Of a DNA stretch of 64,000 bases, positions 18,515 to 27,800 are shown one piece after another (the first letter of the stretch is position 1; each line of letters begins with the position of its first letter). Position numbers and translations under genes: made by a program. The stretch lies in the IMG/VR virus record IMGVR_UViG_3300045999_013278, positions 1-64,000 of that record; one strand, 5' to 3'. This DNA is from a virus. The notes under the pieces were generated by a model that saw only the letters and a program-made list of their open reading frames with translations, had not been told where the DNA came from and did no database searches.

Positions 18515-18530
18515 TGTAACAATATAAACC

Positions 18531-18611
18531 TGCGAGTTGGCGGAATGAAGATTTTCCGCACAGAGAGGATAACAAATGCGGTGCAAGCGGGTTCGACTCC
18601 CGTACTCGTAG
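18531..18611 (+). ncRNA. tRNA-like RNA / pseudo-tRNA with 16-nt anticodon-position loop
   Basis: Acceptor TGCGAGT/ACTCGTA; T arm GCGGG-TTCGACT-CCCGT; CCGCA/TGCGG stem. Confidence 0.65.
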
Positions 18612-18621
18612 GCAAAAACTT

Positions 18622-18662
18622 TAAAACCCCTTCTAAAAATAAAACTTTAGAAGGGGTTTTTA
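18622..18662. terminator. Bidirectional terminator-like hairpin
   Basis: AAAACCCCTTCTAAA/TTTAGAAGGGGTTTT. Confidence 0.65.
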
Positions 18663-18663
18663 A

Positions 18664-18960
18664 TTATTCCTCTACAGCTACTACGCTACTAATTTTTAAT
18701 CCGCCAAAGATAAACGATAACAAATCCTTATCATCACTAAATTCTATATCATCCAAATCACCGTCCCAATTCTGTACCCCTAATTTTCTTAGCTCAACAT
18801 TAGGGGTGCTAATGCTTAATTTCTTTTCTTTACTATACCAGCGCGACTGATAAAACCCGACTTTCTCATCATTAATATAAATTAATTTAGTCGGAATATC
18901 CTCTAAGGAGAAGGTGTTAATGACTTTTACGATATGTCCCTTAATTATGTATTTTGACAT
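18664..18960 (-). CDS. Hypothetical protein
   Basis: ORF in minus-strand operon. Confidence 0.6.
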   Translation of the reverse strand: MSKYIIKGHIVKVINTFSLEDIPTKLIYINDEKVGFYQSRWYSKEKKLSISTPNVELRKLGVQNWDGDLDDIEFSDDKDLLSFIFGGLKISSVVAVEE

Positions 18961-19235
18961 TTTTTTAACCTTGTATGTTTTTTTAAAAGTAAAGTCCCGA
19001 AATCACTACGCCAACCTAAGACATTCACTCTTTCTGTTAACTCATCCAACTTTAAGTGAAAGTTTTTTTTAGTAAACTTAGTGGTGACGACGTAAAATAA
19101 TCCATTCATGAATGTGCAATAAATAGGCAATTCACTACCGGAAGTCATTACTAAACACATTTCACCCTCTCTTGGCAATTCTTTTTTAGGGATTTTCCAA
19201 TCACTACTAACTTTAACTTTTTCTTGCACTTGCAT
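18945..19235 (-). CDS. Hypothetical protein
   Basis: ORF; WKIPKKELPREGEMCLV resembles DUF551-type N-termini. Confidence 0.55.
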   Translation of the reverse strand: MQVQEKVKVSSDWKIPKKELPREGEMCLVMTSGSELPIYCTFMNGLFYVVTTKFTKKNFHLKLDELTERVNVLGWRSDFGTLLLKKHTRLKKCQNT

Positions 19236-19242
19236 ATTTCCC

Positions 19243-20949
19243 TTACCCTGCTAAAACTACTTTCAGATTATTCGTGAGATGCGATCGCCAAATTGGAGTT
19301 AAAGCTTCTCCAAATTCCCCTTCCATTTTTTGCCAAACCCATTTCTCTGATTTATTAGAAAAGCTTTGGATTTTTCTTAAATATGCAAAATAGTGAGTAA
19401 CGTCATTAAAACTAGGATCTGTACCAAAAACAGCGTGAGTAACCCAACTAGGATGAGGGTCAAACTTTTTAACCGTGCGAAATTCGTAGTAACCTTTGTC
19501 TGGATTTTTGCTTGACGCATAAAGTCTTTTTAGAATTAATTGGTAAAATTCTTGCGGTGGCGCATTCCTGTCCAAGAAAGGAATCTCTTCCATCTCCCTA
19601 TCGTCTTCTTCTACATCATCTTCTAAGGTTAATCCCACTAATTCCAAACTATTTTCTTCTTTAGGTTTAGGTTTAGCTTTGGGAAATTCGTAGCCGCAGT
19701 CGGGGCATTTATGTTGGGACTTTCCGCAAATGTATGAACAAGTGGGACATTCTTTACCCTCATTTATTTTAACATCGTTCCAATCTTCAATTTCATCTGG
19801 CCTTCCTAAAAGAACCATAGAGCCAGTAAAATCCAGGATTAAAGAGGAAGTTTTGGGAGGTAAAAATTCATTACCCTTAAATAACCTCAAGACACGCCCA
19901 ACACATTGAGTTAGTTGCCCAGGTGATTTCGTAGCACTTAAAAAGAGCATTGCTTGAGCGCAAGGCTCGTCAAAACCAATCGTCAAAACCCTTACCGACC
20001 AAAGCATAATTCTACCTTGGCGGAACAAAGCGCAAGCCCCGCGCCGAGTTTTTGGTAAAGTTCCACTTAAATAAAATTCTTTAATTTCCTCCTCTTCTTT
20101 ACTAGCGTTACCCTCTGGTGTTTCATCAGCAACAACTATAGAAGGGACTCCTTGGGAAATAAAGTAATCGGAGTATTTTTTGCACTGCGCTTTTGATGGT
20201 GCAACTCCAATGGTGGGCATTTCCCTACAACCGTTCTTAAGCCACTCCTCATATACTTTTTCTGGACTACACTTCTCGAAAACTTGTTCAATTTCTGCTG
20301 TAGTGTAGTCGCTCCCATCGTTTTTATTTACCTTAGCGGAGACTTTAAAATCACCAATTCTTTTAGCTCGGAAGGGAACTAAATAGCTTTGCGAAATTAA
20401 TTCTCTTAACGAAATAACTTGGTTAATCTCTACATTTCTGCCAAACTCTTGACCGTCTAATCTATGGGGAGTGGCTGTTAAAAGTATGTGGTTGGCGTTT
20501 GGGGCTAAATTAAAAATTACCTCTTTACAGATTTGGCGAAACCAACTTAAATGAGCCTCATCCCAAATTACAACTGAAACATTAGAGGGTATCCATTTTC
20601 TTGACTCAATGGTTTGAGCCATCGCAATGATGATTTTTTTACTCTCTAAATAACTTTCTGACCTATTTTTCTTACCCCAAAGAAAATCAGTAAAGGCACT
20701 AGCTTCCGCACCTAAAAATCCATAAACTGATTCATCCCACTGTGACATTAACGGAGATAAATTTGAGATTATTAGGACTTTTGAGTTGGGATTAAATGTA
20801 ATTGCTTTTTCTGCAATATCAACCCCAACTAAAGTTTTACCTCCGCCAGTGGGGATAGTTAGGCAGGGAATTTTGCCTCTGTTTAAAATGTCCCTAGCTA
20901 CCTCCAGTGCTTTAATTTGATGTGGTCTTCTTTGGATGTGTGGGAGCAT
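19243..20949 (-). CDS. SF2 DEAH helicase with zinc ribbon
   Basis: PTGGGKT, WDEAH, LTATPHRLDG, QCVGRVLR, CPTC..CPDC. Confidence 0.92.
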   Translation of the reverse strand: MLPHIQRRPHQIKALEVARDILNRGKIPCLTIPTGGGKTLVGVDIAEKAITFNPNSKVLIISNLSPLMSQWDESVYGFLGAEASAFTDFLWGKKNRSESYLESKKIIIAMAQTIESRKWIPSNVSVVIWDEAHLSWFRQICKEVIFNLAPNANHILLTATPHRLDGQEFGRNVEINQVISLRELISQSYLVPFRAKRIGDFKVSAKVNKNDGSDYTTAEIEQVFEKCSPEKVYEEWLKNGCREMPTIGVAPSKAQCKKYSDYFISQGVPSIVVADETPEGNASKEEEEIKEFYLSGTLPKTRRGACALFRQGRIMLWSVRVLTIGFDEPCAQAMLFLSATKSPGQLTQCVGRVLRLFKGNEFLPPKTSSLILDFTGSMVLLGRPDEIEDWNDVKINEGKECPTCSYICGKSQHKCPDCGYEFPKAKPKPKEENSLELVGLTLEDDVEEDDREMEEIPFLDRNAPPQEFYQLILKRLYASSKNPDKGYYEFRTVKKFDPHPSWVTHAVFGTDPSFNDVTHYFAYLRKIQSFSNKSEKWVWQKMEGEFGEALTPIWRSHLTNNLKVVLAG

Positions 20950-20954
20950 ATTAC

Positions 20955-21206
20955 CTAATAAGTATCGTGTCCTAATGTTTTACCTTTCGGCTCAGGTCTG
21001 TTAACCCGCCATTTTTTAACATCTTGCGGGAGAAATTTTTTAGGAGCGTTTCCATTCCAAGAAGCCATCACATATCTTTCTTCTAGATTTACTCCCATTA
21101 TCGTTACCTCAAATAAAAAGTTTCTTTTAATGGTTGTCTTGCCCATTCTTTGACGCTCAATACTAAATACAATTTGCCCCGGTTTTAGTCTGTTTATGCT
21201 TGCCAT
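20955..21206 (-). CDS. Hypothetical protein
   Basis: ORF in operon. Confidence 0.6.
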   Translation of the reverse strand: MASINRLKPGQIVFSIERQRMGKTTIKRNFLFEVTIMGVNLEERYVMASWNGNAPKKFLPQDVKKWRVNRPEPKGKTLGHDTY

Positions 21207-21538
21207 AATCCTAAAATCTTACCTGCTTCTTTTAATTTCTCTAAAGGGATATCGTTAAAGTTTTTGTTTTTAACTTTCCAATTAAACTCGCGCCTAAAGT
21301 TTTTCTCCTGCCAATCTTCTTTAGTAAGAAAAATTGTTATGTAATAGCTAAGTCCGTAATGAGGGAAAGTTATGGTTAGGGGAAGCCGTTCTTCTCTACC
21401 CTCCACCATAATGTAAAAAAATTTAGTCCCCACTTTTATGATTGGGGTGTAATATTCTGCTTTTACTTTATCATTTCTGCCATCCTTTGTGACAATATAT
21501 AGCTTGTCACCAACTTTTAACTTTAACTTTTCTGCCAC
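21194..21538 (-). CDS. Hypothetical small beta-barrel-like protein (similar to 60071-60475)
   Basis: LKVGDKLY...KVGTKF. Confidence 0.6.
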   Translation of the reverse strand: MAEKLKLKVGDKLYIVTKDGRNDKVKAEYYTPIIKVGTKFFYIMVEGREERLPLTITFPHYGLSYYITIFLTKEDWQEKNFRREFNWKVKNKNFNDIPLEKLKEAGKILGLWQA

Positions 21539-21540
21539 TT

Positions 21541-22200
21541 TTATTTGTCTCCTAAACTAAAGTTATTTAATCCTTCTCCTTCCCCATCCTTAATAATTTC
21601 TAGGATTTTATTAAGCTTTTCTTGGGACAGATGTACTAATTCTTCACTAATCACAAATGCACGAATTTCATTAACGGCTTCAGTTTTTTCTTTTCCGTAT
21701 TCTTTAATCGTCCAATCGTCGTCTATCCCACCTGCGGGGTTATTTAAGTTGTTTATTAGCCAACTCTTGTTTTTCGGAGTAAGTCTGTCCGCGAAGTTTT
21801 TTAAGTTTGCATAAATTTCAGCTTTCAGTCCAGAACTATCTAAGATAAAAGATTTTTCATCCTCAGATAGATTACGGATACCACTTTCTTGACCGTCACC
21901 AAACAATGCCAAAATAATACCCAATCTTTTGTCATCTTTCGTTAGAGTCTCACTAGACTTGTTGTGATATTTCCAGTATTTAAACAAACTAAGAAAACTA
22001 ATCTCAAAATCCTCATCGGCTTCATGAGTAAAGTAGCCAAAACTCCTATCCCACAAGTCGTAAACGCCAACAAAAGTTAATTTCTCAAAAACTATTCTGT
22101 CTTCATCAGGAAAAAAGTGATGAGGATAACTTTTAACTAATTCCGAACGTAAGAACACTTTAATTTCTTGACCTAAGAAATGTCTTTCTGTTTTAGCCAT
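21541..22200 (-). CDS. Hypothetical protein; N-terminus paralogous to 22202-22531
   Basis: LGQEIKVFL..VYDLWD..FG..F..WK. Confidence 0.65.
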   Translation of the reverse strand: MAKTERHFLGQEIKVFLRSELVKSYPHHFFPDEDRIVFEKLTFVGVYDLWDRSFGYFTHEADEDFEISFLSLFKYWKYHNKSSETLTKDDKRLGIILALFGDGQESGIRNLSEDEKSFILDSSGLKAEIYANLKNFADRLTPKNKSWLINNLNNPAGGIDDDWTIKEYGKEKTEAVNEIRAFVISEELVHLSQEKLNKILEIIKDGEGEGLNNFSLGDK

Positions 22201-22201
22201 T

Positions 22202-22531
22202 TTACCCCTTAATCTTGTATCCTAATTCGATAATTTTCGTTTTCGCTTCATCTAGCTTATTTTTGGGAACTTCAACAAGCAAATAGCTTACAGCCGTTTT
22301 TCTTTTCCAAGCAGAAAAAGCTTGGGAAAAAGTTTTTTTAACCAAATCATCATCCTCCAAGACCAACCAGCCAAACATACTATCTGACAAATCGTAAACT
22401 TCCTCGTCTATTAAAACTTCCTCAAGTTCTAAGTCCGAGTCACCAGATTCATCAAAATCATGGATAAACCCTTCTGGGAATCCATCTTTCAAGAACTCTT
22501 TAATTTCAATTCCTAATGCTTTTTTAGCCAT
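22202..22531 (-). CDS. Hypothetical acidic protein, first gene after a motif promoter
   Basis: LGIEIKEFL..VYDLSD..FG..F..WK. Confidence 0.7.
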   Translation of the reverse strand: MAKKALGIEIKEFLKDGFPEGFIHDFDESGDSDLELEEVLIDEEVYDLSDSMFGWLVLEDDDLVKKTFSQAFSAWKRKTAVSYLLVEVPKNKLDEAKTKIIELGYKIKG

Positions 22532-22558
22532 TTTCTTATGTTTAACTTACTTTCTCTA

Positions 22559-22587
22559 ACTATACACAACTTCTATACCGTCGTCAA
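22559..22587 (-). promoter_or_regulatory. Motif promoter
   Basis: TTGACG(ACGGTATAG)-17-TATAGT. Confidence 0.8.
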
Positions 22588-22651
22588 GTACCTTATGGAA
22601 AATAATTTTGACACTCTCAGGGCTAAAGCCGCTGAGATTCTGCGGACAGAA

Positions 22652-23911
22652 TTAATTTAATTTAATTCTCGCTACGATTGCCAAAGATCGTCTACTGAGT
22701 TGATCAAGTGATAGACTCAACCTTCCCGATACTTTTCTTAAAATATTAGCTGCTCCGTTCAAATCTGCATTTACGAATGAACCATCGCCCGATTCATACA
22801 ATCCACGCTTAACACGCTTTCCTGATGCTTTCCACCCGTCTGGTTTTTGACCATAAACAGGTAGGGAGTCTCCATCGAGAAAACTAGCTTTTGATGTATA
22901 AGCCTCTTCGGTTTCTTGAAATCTAATACCGTGTAAATCGCATAGTTGCATCAGCCGGGTTTTGAGTTTACCTAACGGCATTTGGACAAACTTTTGATTA
23001 TTAATTCGCCCCATGTTAGCGTTAGATTTAAAACCCTCGTTCCAACCAATAACTAATGTACCAATGCCGTATTTTAAGCAATGATCAATAATTAATTTTG
23101 CAGCTTTATTAACACCATCCCGCATTTGATGGTTACGTTTACGGGTTACACAGTCTAACCAATTGTCCCAATAATCCCCCGGTTTCCCTTCTTTTCGTGT
23201 TGATACTTTTTTATTCCAAAGCTGGTTCATTGACTTCATCGAACGGGCATCAATCAAGAGGGAATTACCCAATGTATCAACACAAGCTGCTAAATTATCA
23301 GCCGTTCCCAAGTCAATAGATAGAGCTTGATTAATGTCTAAATCATGCTGTTGTTTCTCAACTTCGTAAGACATCTCTAGATAAAAAGCACCGTTTTTAG
23401 GTAGGATAGTAAACTCCTTAACATGAGCTATATCTAAATTTGACGGCATCGGTAGAAAAAATTCAGAAATTCCAAACCATCTTTTAACCGTTAGTCCCAA
23501 CGAAAATCTAAGTTGTCCATTAACTAGAGTTGGTTTCTGTCCTCCACTATGAGGATAAGCAACCTTGAAAAGTTTAGAACCTGTTAGATAGCCGGGTACT
23601 TTAGGCTTAAAGTGTAATTGTCCTTTGATAAACAAAGAACGTAATTCTTTAAAAGATTTGAAGGCTTCTGTTACAGATAATAAAGTTTGTTGTGCGGGGA
23701 TAGATGGCATCGATTGAGCAACCATAGTTTTAGACACTGAAGGCTCGTAAATCAAGTCGAACTTACCCGTTAACAACTTTCCAGTTTTTAAAAATGTTTG
23801 TCTAGCGAAATAAACACCACTGTTATACAGCTTCCCTGACTGCTGACAGAGATATTCTAATACTGCCTTTGTTTCATTATCGGGAGACAACAAAACCTGT
23901 TGTACTCCCAT
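22652..23911 (-). CDS. tnpB: TnpB RNA-guided endonuclease (no Zn-finger cysteines seen)
   Basis: LYNSGVY HTH, SIDLG, EEAYTSKAS, NADLNGAANI; start may extend to 23965. Confidence 0.92.
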   Translation of the reverse strand: MGVQQVLLSPDNETKAVLEYLCQQSGKLYNSGVYFARQTFLKTGKLLTGKFDLIYEPSVSKTMVAQSMPSIPAQQTLLSVTEAFKSFKELRSLFIKGQLHFKPKVPGYLTGSKLFKVAYPHSGGQKPTLVNGQLRFSLGLTVKRWFGISEFFLPMPSNLDIAHVKEFTILPKNGAFYLEMSYEVEKQQHDLDINQALSIDLGTADNLAACVDTLGNSLLIDARSMKSMNQLWNKKVSTRKEGKPGDYWDNWLDCVTRKRNHQMRDGVNKAAKLIIDHCLKYGIGTLVIGWNEGFKSNANMGRINNQKFVQMPLGKLKTRLMQLCDLHGIRFQETEEAYTSKASFLDGDSLPVYGQKPDGWKASGKRVKRGLYESGDGSFVNADLNGAANILRKVSGRLSLSLDQLSRRSLAIVARIKLN

Positions 23912-24020
23912 TGCTTTTTTATTTTTTGCCACCAAGTTACGATTTATGAGAAGTTGACTTCTCAAGAATAATTGATTAAGCTAGTATTGTCAATAGCTAT
24001 CAAGAAAACAACAAGAGAAT

Positions 24021-24422
24021 ATGTTAACGCAAGAAGACTATAAAACCCACAACCACGTTAAATTCCTGGTTAATTACCATTTTGTTTGGATACCTAAACG
24101 ACGGAAAAAAGTTTTAGTAGGAGAAATAGCAACAAGAGCGAGACAGATTTTTGCTGAACTGGCTATAGAAAAAGGTTGGGATATTTTAGCTTTAGAAGTA
24201 GCTCCAGACCATATCCACTTATTTATTAGCGTTAAGCCCACAGATACCCCACATTTAGTTATCAAGGCATTTAAAGGTCGTTCTAGCTTCTACTTGAGAA
24301 AAGAATTTCCCCAATTAAAAAAACTACCGTCTCTTTGGACAAGTAGTTATTTTATAAGCACCGCAGGGAATGTTAGTAGCGAATCCGTGAGGAGATATAT
24401 TGAAGACCCGCATCACGGTTAA
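24021..24422 (+). CDS. tnpA: IS200-type Y1 transposase
   Basis: YHFVWIPKRR, PDHIHLF (HUH), KGRSS, LWTSSYF, YIE. Confidence 0.95.
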   Translation: MLTQEDYKTHNHVKFLVNYHFVWIPKRRKKVLVGEIATRARQIFAELAIEKGWDILALEVAPDHIHLFISVKPTDTPHLVIKAFKGRSSFYLRKEFPQLKKLPSLWTSSYFISTAGNVSSESVRRYIEDPHHG

Positions 24423-24529
24423 TATAGAAAATACCAAAGCGGTTAAAACCGCTCGTGTCGCTTATATCTCAGGGCTAAAGCCGCTGAGTTTTACGCTTAC
24501 CGCGAGGTCTTATAAAATTACCACACCCC

Positions 24530-24558
24530 TTGACGACGGTACAGAGTGATGGTAATAT
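24530..24558 (+). promoter_or_regulatory. Motif promoter for rep
   Basis: TTGACG(ACGGTA)-17-TAATAT. Confidence 0.75.
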
Positions 24559-24626
24559 ATGTTATGTAAAGAAAGAATAATTTTTTTAAAACTATGGATA
24601 GAGCATCAGGTAGGTAAAACTGGACA

Positions 24627-24665
24627 CCAAAAAGCCCGCAGCGACTCAGGCGACGGGCTTTTTGG
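24627..24665. terminator. Bidirectional terminator hairpin in the rep leader
   Basis: CCAAAAAGCCCG-15 nt-CGGGCTTTTTGG. Confidence 0.75.
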
Positions 24666-24713
24666 CAGTTAAGTAAAAAGTAAAGTCCGATTAGGGAAAA
24701 TGCTTATTCTCAA

Positions 24714-24742
24714 ATCATAGCACAAAAAAATTTACAGCGCAA
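24714..24742 (-). promoter_or_regulatory. Antisense promoter in the rep leader
   Basis: TTGCGC-17-TATGAT with extended -10 TGn. Confidence 0.6.
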
Positions 24743-24833
24743 GTCTACCCTTTTATAAAAAAATGGAGTAGAATCAGCATAAGTCTAAACCGCTACTCGG
24801 TACACACACATCTAAAATCAGAGGACTGGAATC

Positions 24834-27800
24834 ATGAGAGGTAAATTTAGCAAAAAAAATTCTACCGCGCCAACGGTAGAATTTTCTAAAAATATTAATT
24901 GTTTAGATAACGACGCGGAATTAACAGCCGTTAAGGATAATGATAATACCTCTCTACCGTCGTTGTCAAGTGATTTTAATACTGAAATTACGGATAAAGT
25001 AATTAAATCGTTAAAAAAACTAGAATTACCGCACCTTAAGGAATTAGTGGAAGGATCAGGGATTCATCCAGAAGTCCTTAAAGCTAATAAAATTTTCTCC
25101 CTCGTAACTTTACCTGGTGAACTTAACGACGCTCACAGTTATTTAAACACTTACGGCGACGGCAACAAAAACGTTAACGCCAACGGAACTTTAAGGAAGA
25201 ACGTTGCCGATAAATATTGGAACTTAGACTTAGGCGGATGGTGGGTGAGCGGCGCAGAAGTTACTTTTAACGGTTCTACATTTAATTGTGCGGAAATTGA
25301 GTGGGGGCAATTTAAGCCAGATACTCCCAGACAATATACAGAAAAAGATAAAAAAGACCATGAGCATATCTGGTTTGATTTAGAACTGATCAATCCAAAA
25401 TTAGGCGAAGCCTTAAGCCCTAAGAAAAAAATAATTAAATATGAGTCCCCAATTGGTGAAGCAGCAAGGCTAATGCTCTTGTCACCATCAGAGCAGAGTT
25501 TTAGAGCTTACGTTAAAAAGTTCTCGGACAAAGACAAATTAAATATAGCTAAGAATTTAGATTATAAAGTGGTTAGAGAGTTCTGGAAATTTGTGGCCAA
25601 AACAAATATGCCAATAATTATTTGTGAGGGTGCAAAAAAAGCTCTTAAGCTCTTATCGCATGGTTATGCGGCCATTTCGGTAGCTGGGATTTACGGCGGA
25701 TACCGTAACCACGAAACTCGGATTTGGGAACTAAGAAAACTACATAAAGATTTTCACGCATTCATGGTCAACTACCGTGAATGGTACTTCTGTTTTGATG
25801 GGGAGTCTAAACCCCACGTTAAGCACAATATAGAAGTGGCCATTACCCGGACTGGCGATTTAATCAAAAAAGCCAACGGGAAAAATACCATCCGCGTAAT
25901 AGAATTACCTGCGCCTAAGCTGTGGGGTGAAAAAACTGGAGTAGATGACTTTATCATTAAAGAAGGGGTTGGGGAATTTGATAAGTTATTTTATAACGCC
26001 CCAACCTTAATGGAATGGAAGAGTATTAGTACAGAATTACTAACCAAATCCTTAGATCCAGAAAAATCCCTTCATTTAACAAAAGAAGATTTAACTTACT
26101 CAGAGTTAATGGGTAGACACTATTTACCTGAAGACTTATTTAGAAGAATCCCCAAGGATGAGCAGTTCATTGGGCTAAAAGCCCCAATGGGTTCAGGTAA
26201 AACACACTCCTTTAAAAATTTAGTTGGAGATACTCTAAAACTGGGCGGCGCACCACTGCTTATTACTCACCGCGTCCAGTTAGGTCAAGCCTTAGCTGAA
26301 AAATTAGGCGTGCATTACCTCTCTGAAATTAAGAACGAAGACGACCGCACCCAAGCCCTGAATGGTGGGTTAGGCTTGTGTATTGACTCTCTCCATGCCG
26401 CTTCTAAACTACGCTTCCATCCCTATGAGTGGCAACGTCCTTGCGTAATTATTGATGAAGTTGAGCAGGTCGTCCAACACTTAATATTTAGTAAAACTTC
26501 TGTTAAAAATAACCGCGACTTAGTCATAAGAAATTTAGGCGAGTTATTAAAAAATTGCCTTAACTCAGGGCAAAGAATAGTCGTTGCAGATGCTCACCTT
26601 ACAGATATCTCCCTAAGATTTTTACGTGGCATTATCCAAGAAGCCAGTGGTCAAGACATTGAACCATTCATTGTTACAGCGGATGAATTTTATCTCTTAG
26701 GCGACGGTGAAAGACTGTGCTACTACTATAAGCACACACAGCCCGTAGCTTGGTTTGAAAACTTACTTTTACACATTCAAAAAGAGGGTGGGGCGTATGT
26801 TTGTACTGATGGGCAAAACGTTTGCGCCACTTATGGAACACAAGCTTTAGGGAAAATTTTAAAAGGACGCTTCCCTCATTTAAGAGTTTTAGTAATTGAT
26901 AGTGATACATCTCAAGATCCTAACCACCCCGCTTTTGGGATTATGGATAGGCTAAATGAGGAAATAGTAAATTGGGACATTGTTATAACGTCACCTTCTG
27001 TTGGGACGGGAATCAGTATTGATGTTCGCGGACATTTTAAAGCCGTTTTTGGTCGGTTTTCGGGAATGATTACGCCAAAACAAGCTGTTCAGCAACTTGG
27101 AAGGGTCAGAGAAGATGTTCCACGCCACGTTTTTGCTGCAACTAGGGGATTGCAGGAAATTAGCGGCGGATCAACTTCCATAAAATTAATTAAGGCTCAT
27201 GAAGAGTTTAAGTATGGTGAAGTTATCCAGCAGTTAAAATCTTCTGGTAACTTTATCTATGATGAAGAGTCAGAAAAGCACATGGGTGGAAGTTGCACAG
27301 CCCTTGATACCTATTGTGAACTAGCATTAAGGAGTAATGCTGGTAACAAGGGATACAGGGATTTCGTTATGACTGCGCTAAAAAATGAAGGATATGAAAT
27401 AGTTGAGCCGGACGATTTAGACGGCGATCGCAAAAAAGAACTTAAGGATGAAGTTAAGCAAAATAAGGAAGAGCTTAATTCCCAAGACACGGGATTAAAA
27501 TTCAATGCGGACATTAGTGTTGCTGAAGATAAAATCGAAAAATTAAATTTTAATGGTGAAGAAATTGCAATAGTAAATCGGGAAGGGGTCAAGAAACTTA
27601 AGGATGAGCGGAAAATAGATAAATACCAAACTGAAAAATTAAACATTATTGCAAGGTACAATACTACGAGGTTAAGCGAAGAATTAATTCAATTAGATAA
27701 AGATGGGATGTATAACGATTTACGCTTACGCTATTGGTTTAACCAGGGTAATGAGTTTTTAGCGGATAGAGATTTTAGGGTTTTAGATAAAGCTTTAACC

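Larger units (their letters stand above)
22608..24512. mobile_element. IS200/IS605-family element with divergent tnpA and tnpB
   Basis: Identical subterminal hairpins CTCAGGGCTAAAGCCGCTGAG at 22616-22636 and 24468-24488; right end finishes TCAA (minus strand); left boundary approximate, after TTAT. Confidence 0.9.

Noticed and set aside
18531-18611. Functional tRNA gene call
   Set aside because: No 7-nt anticodon loop and a poor D stem; reported only as tRNA-like.
22652-23965. TnpB as a domesticated Cas12-like effector
   Set aside because: Flanked by tnpA and both IS end hairpins with no array; an ordinary IS200/IS605 element.
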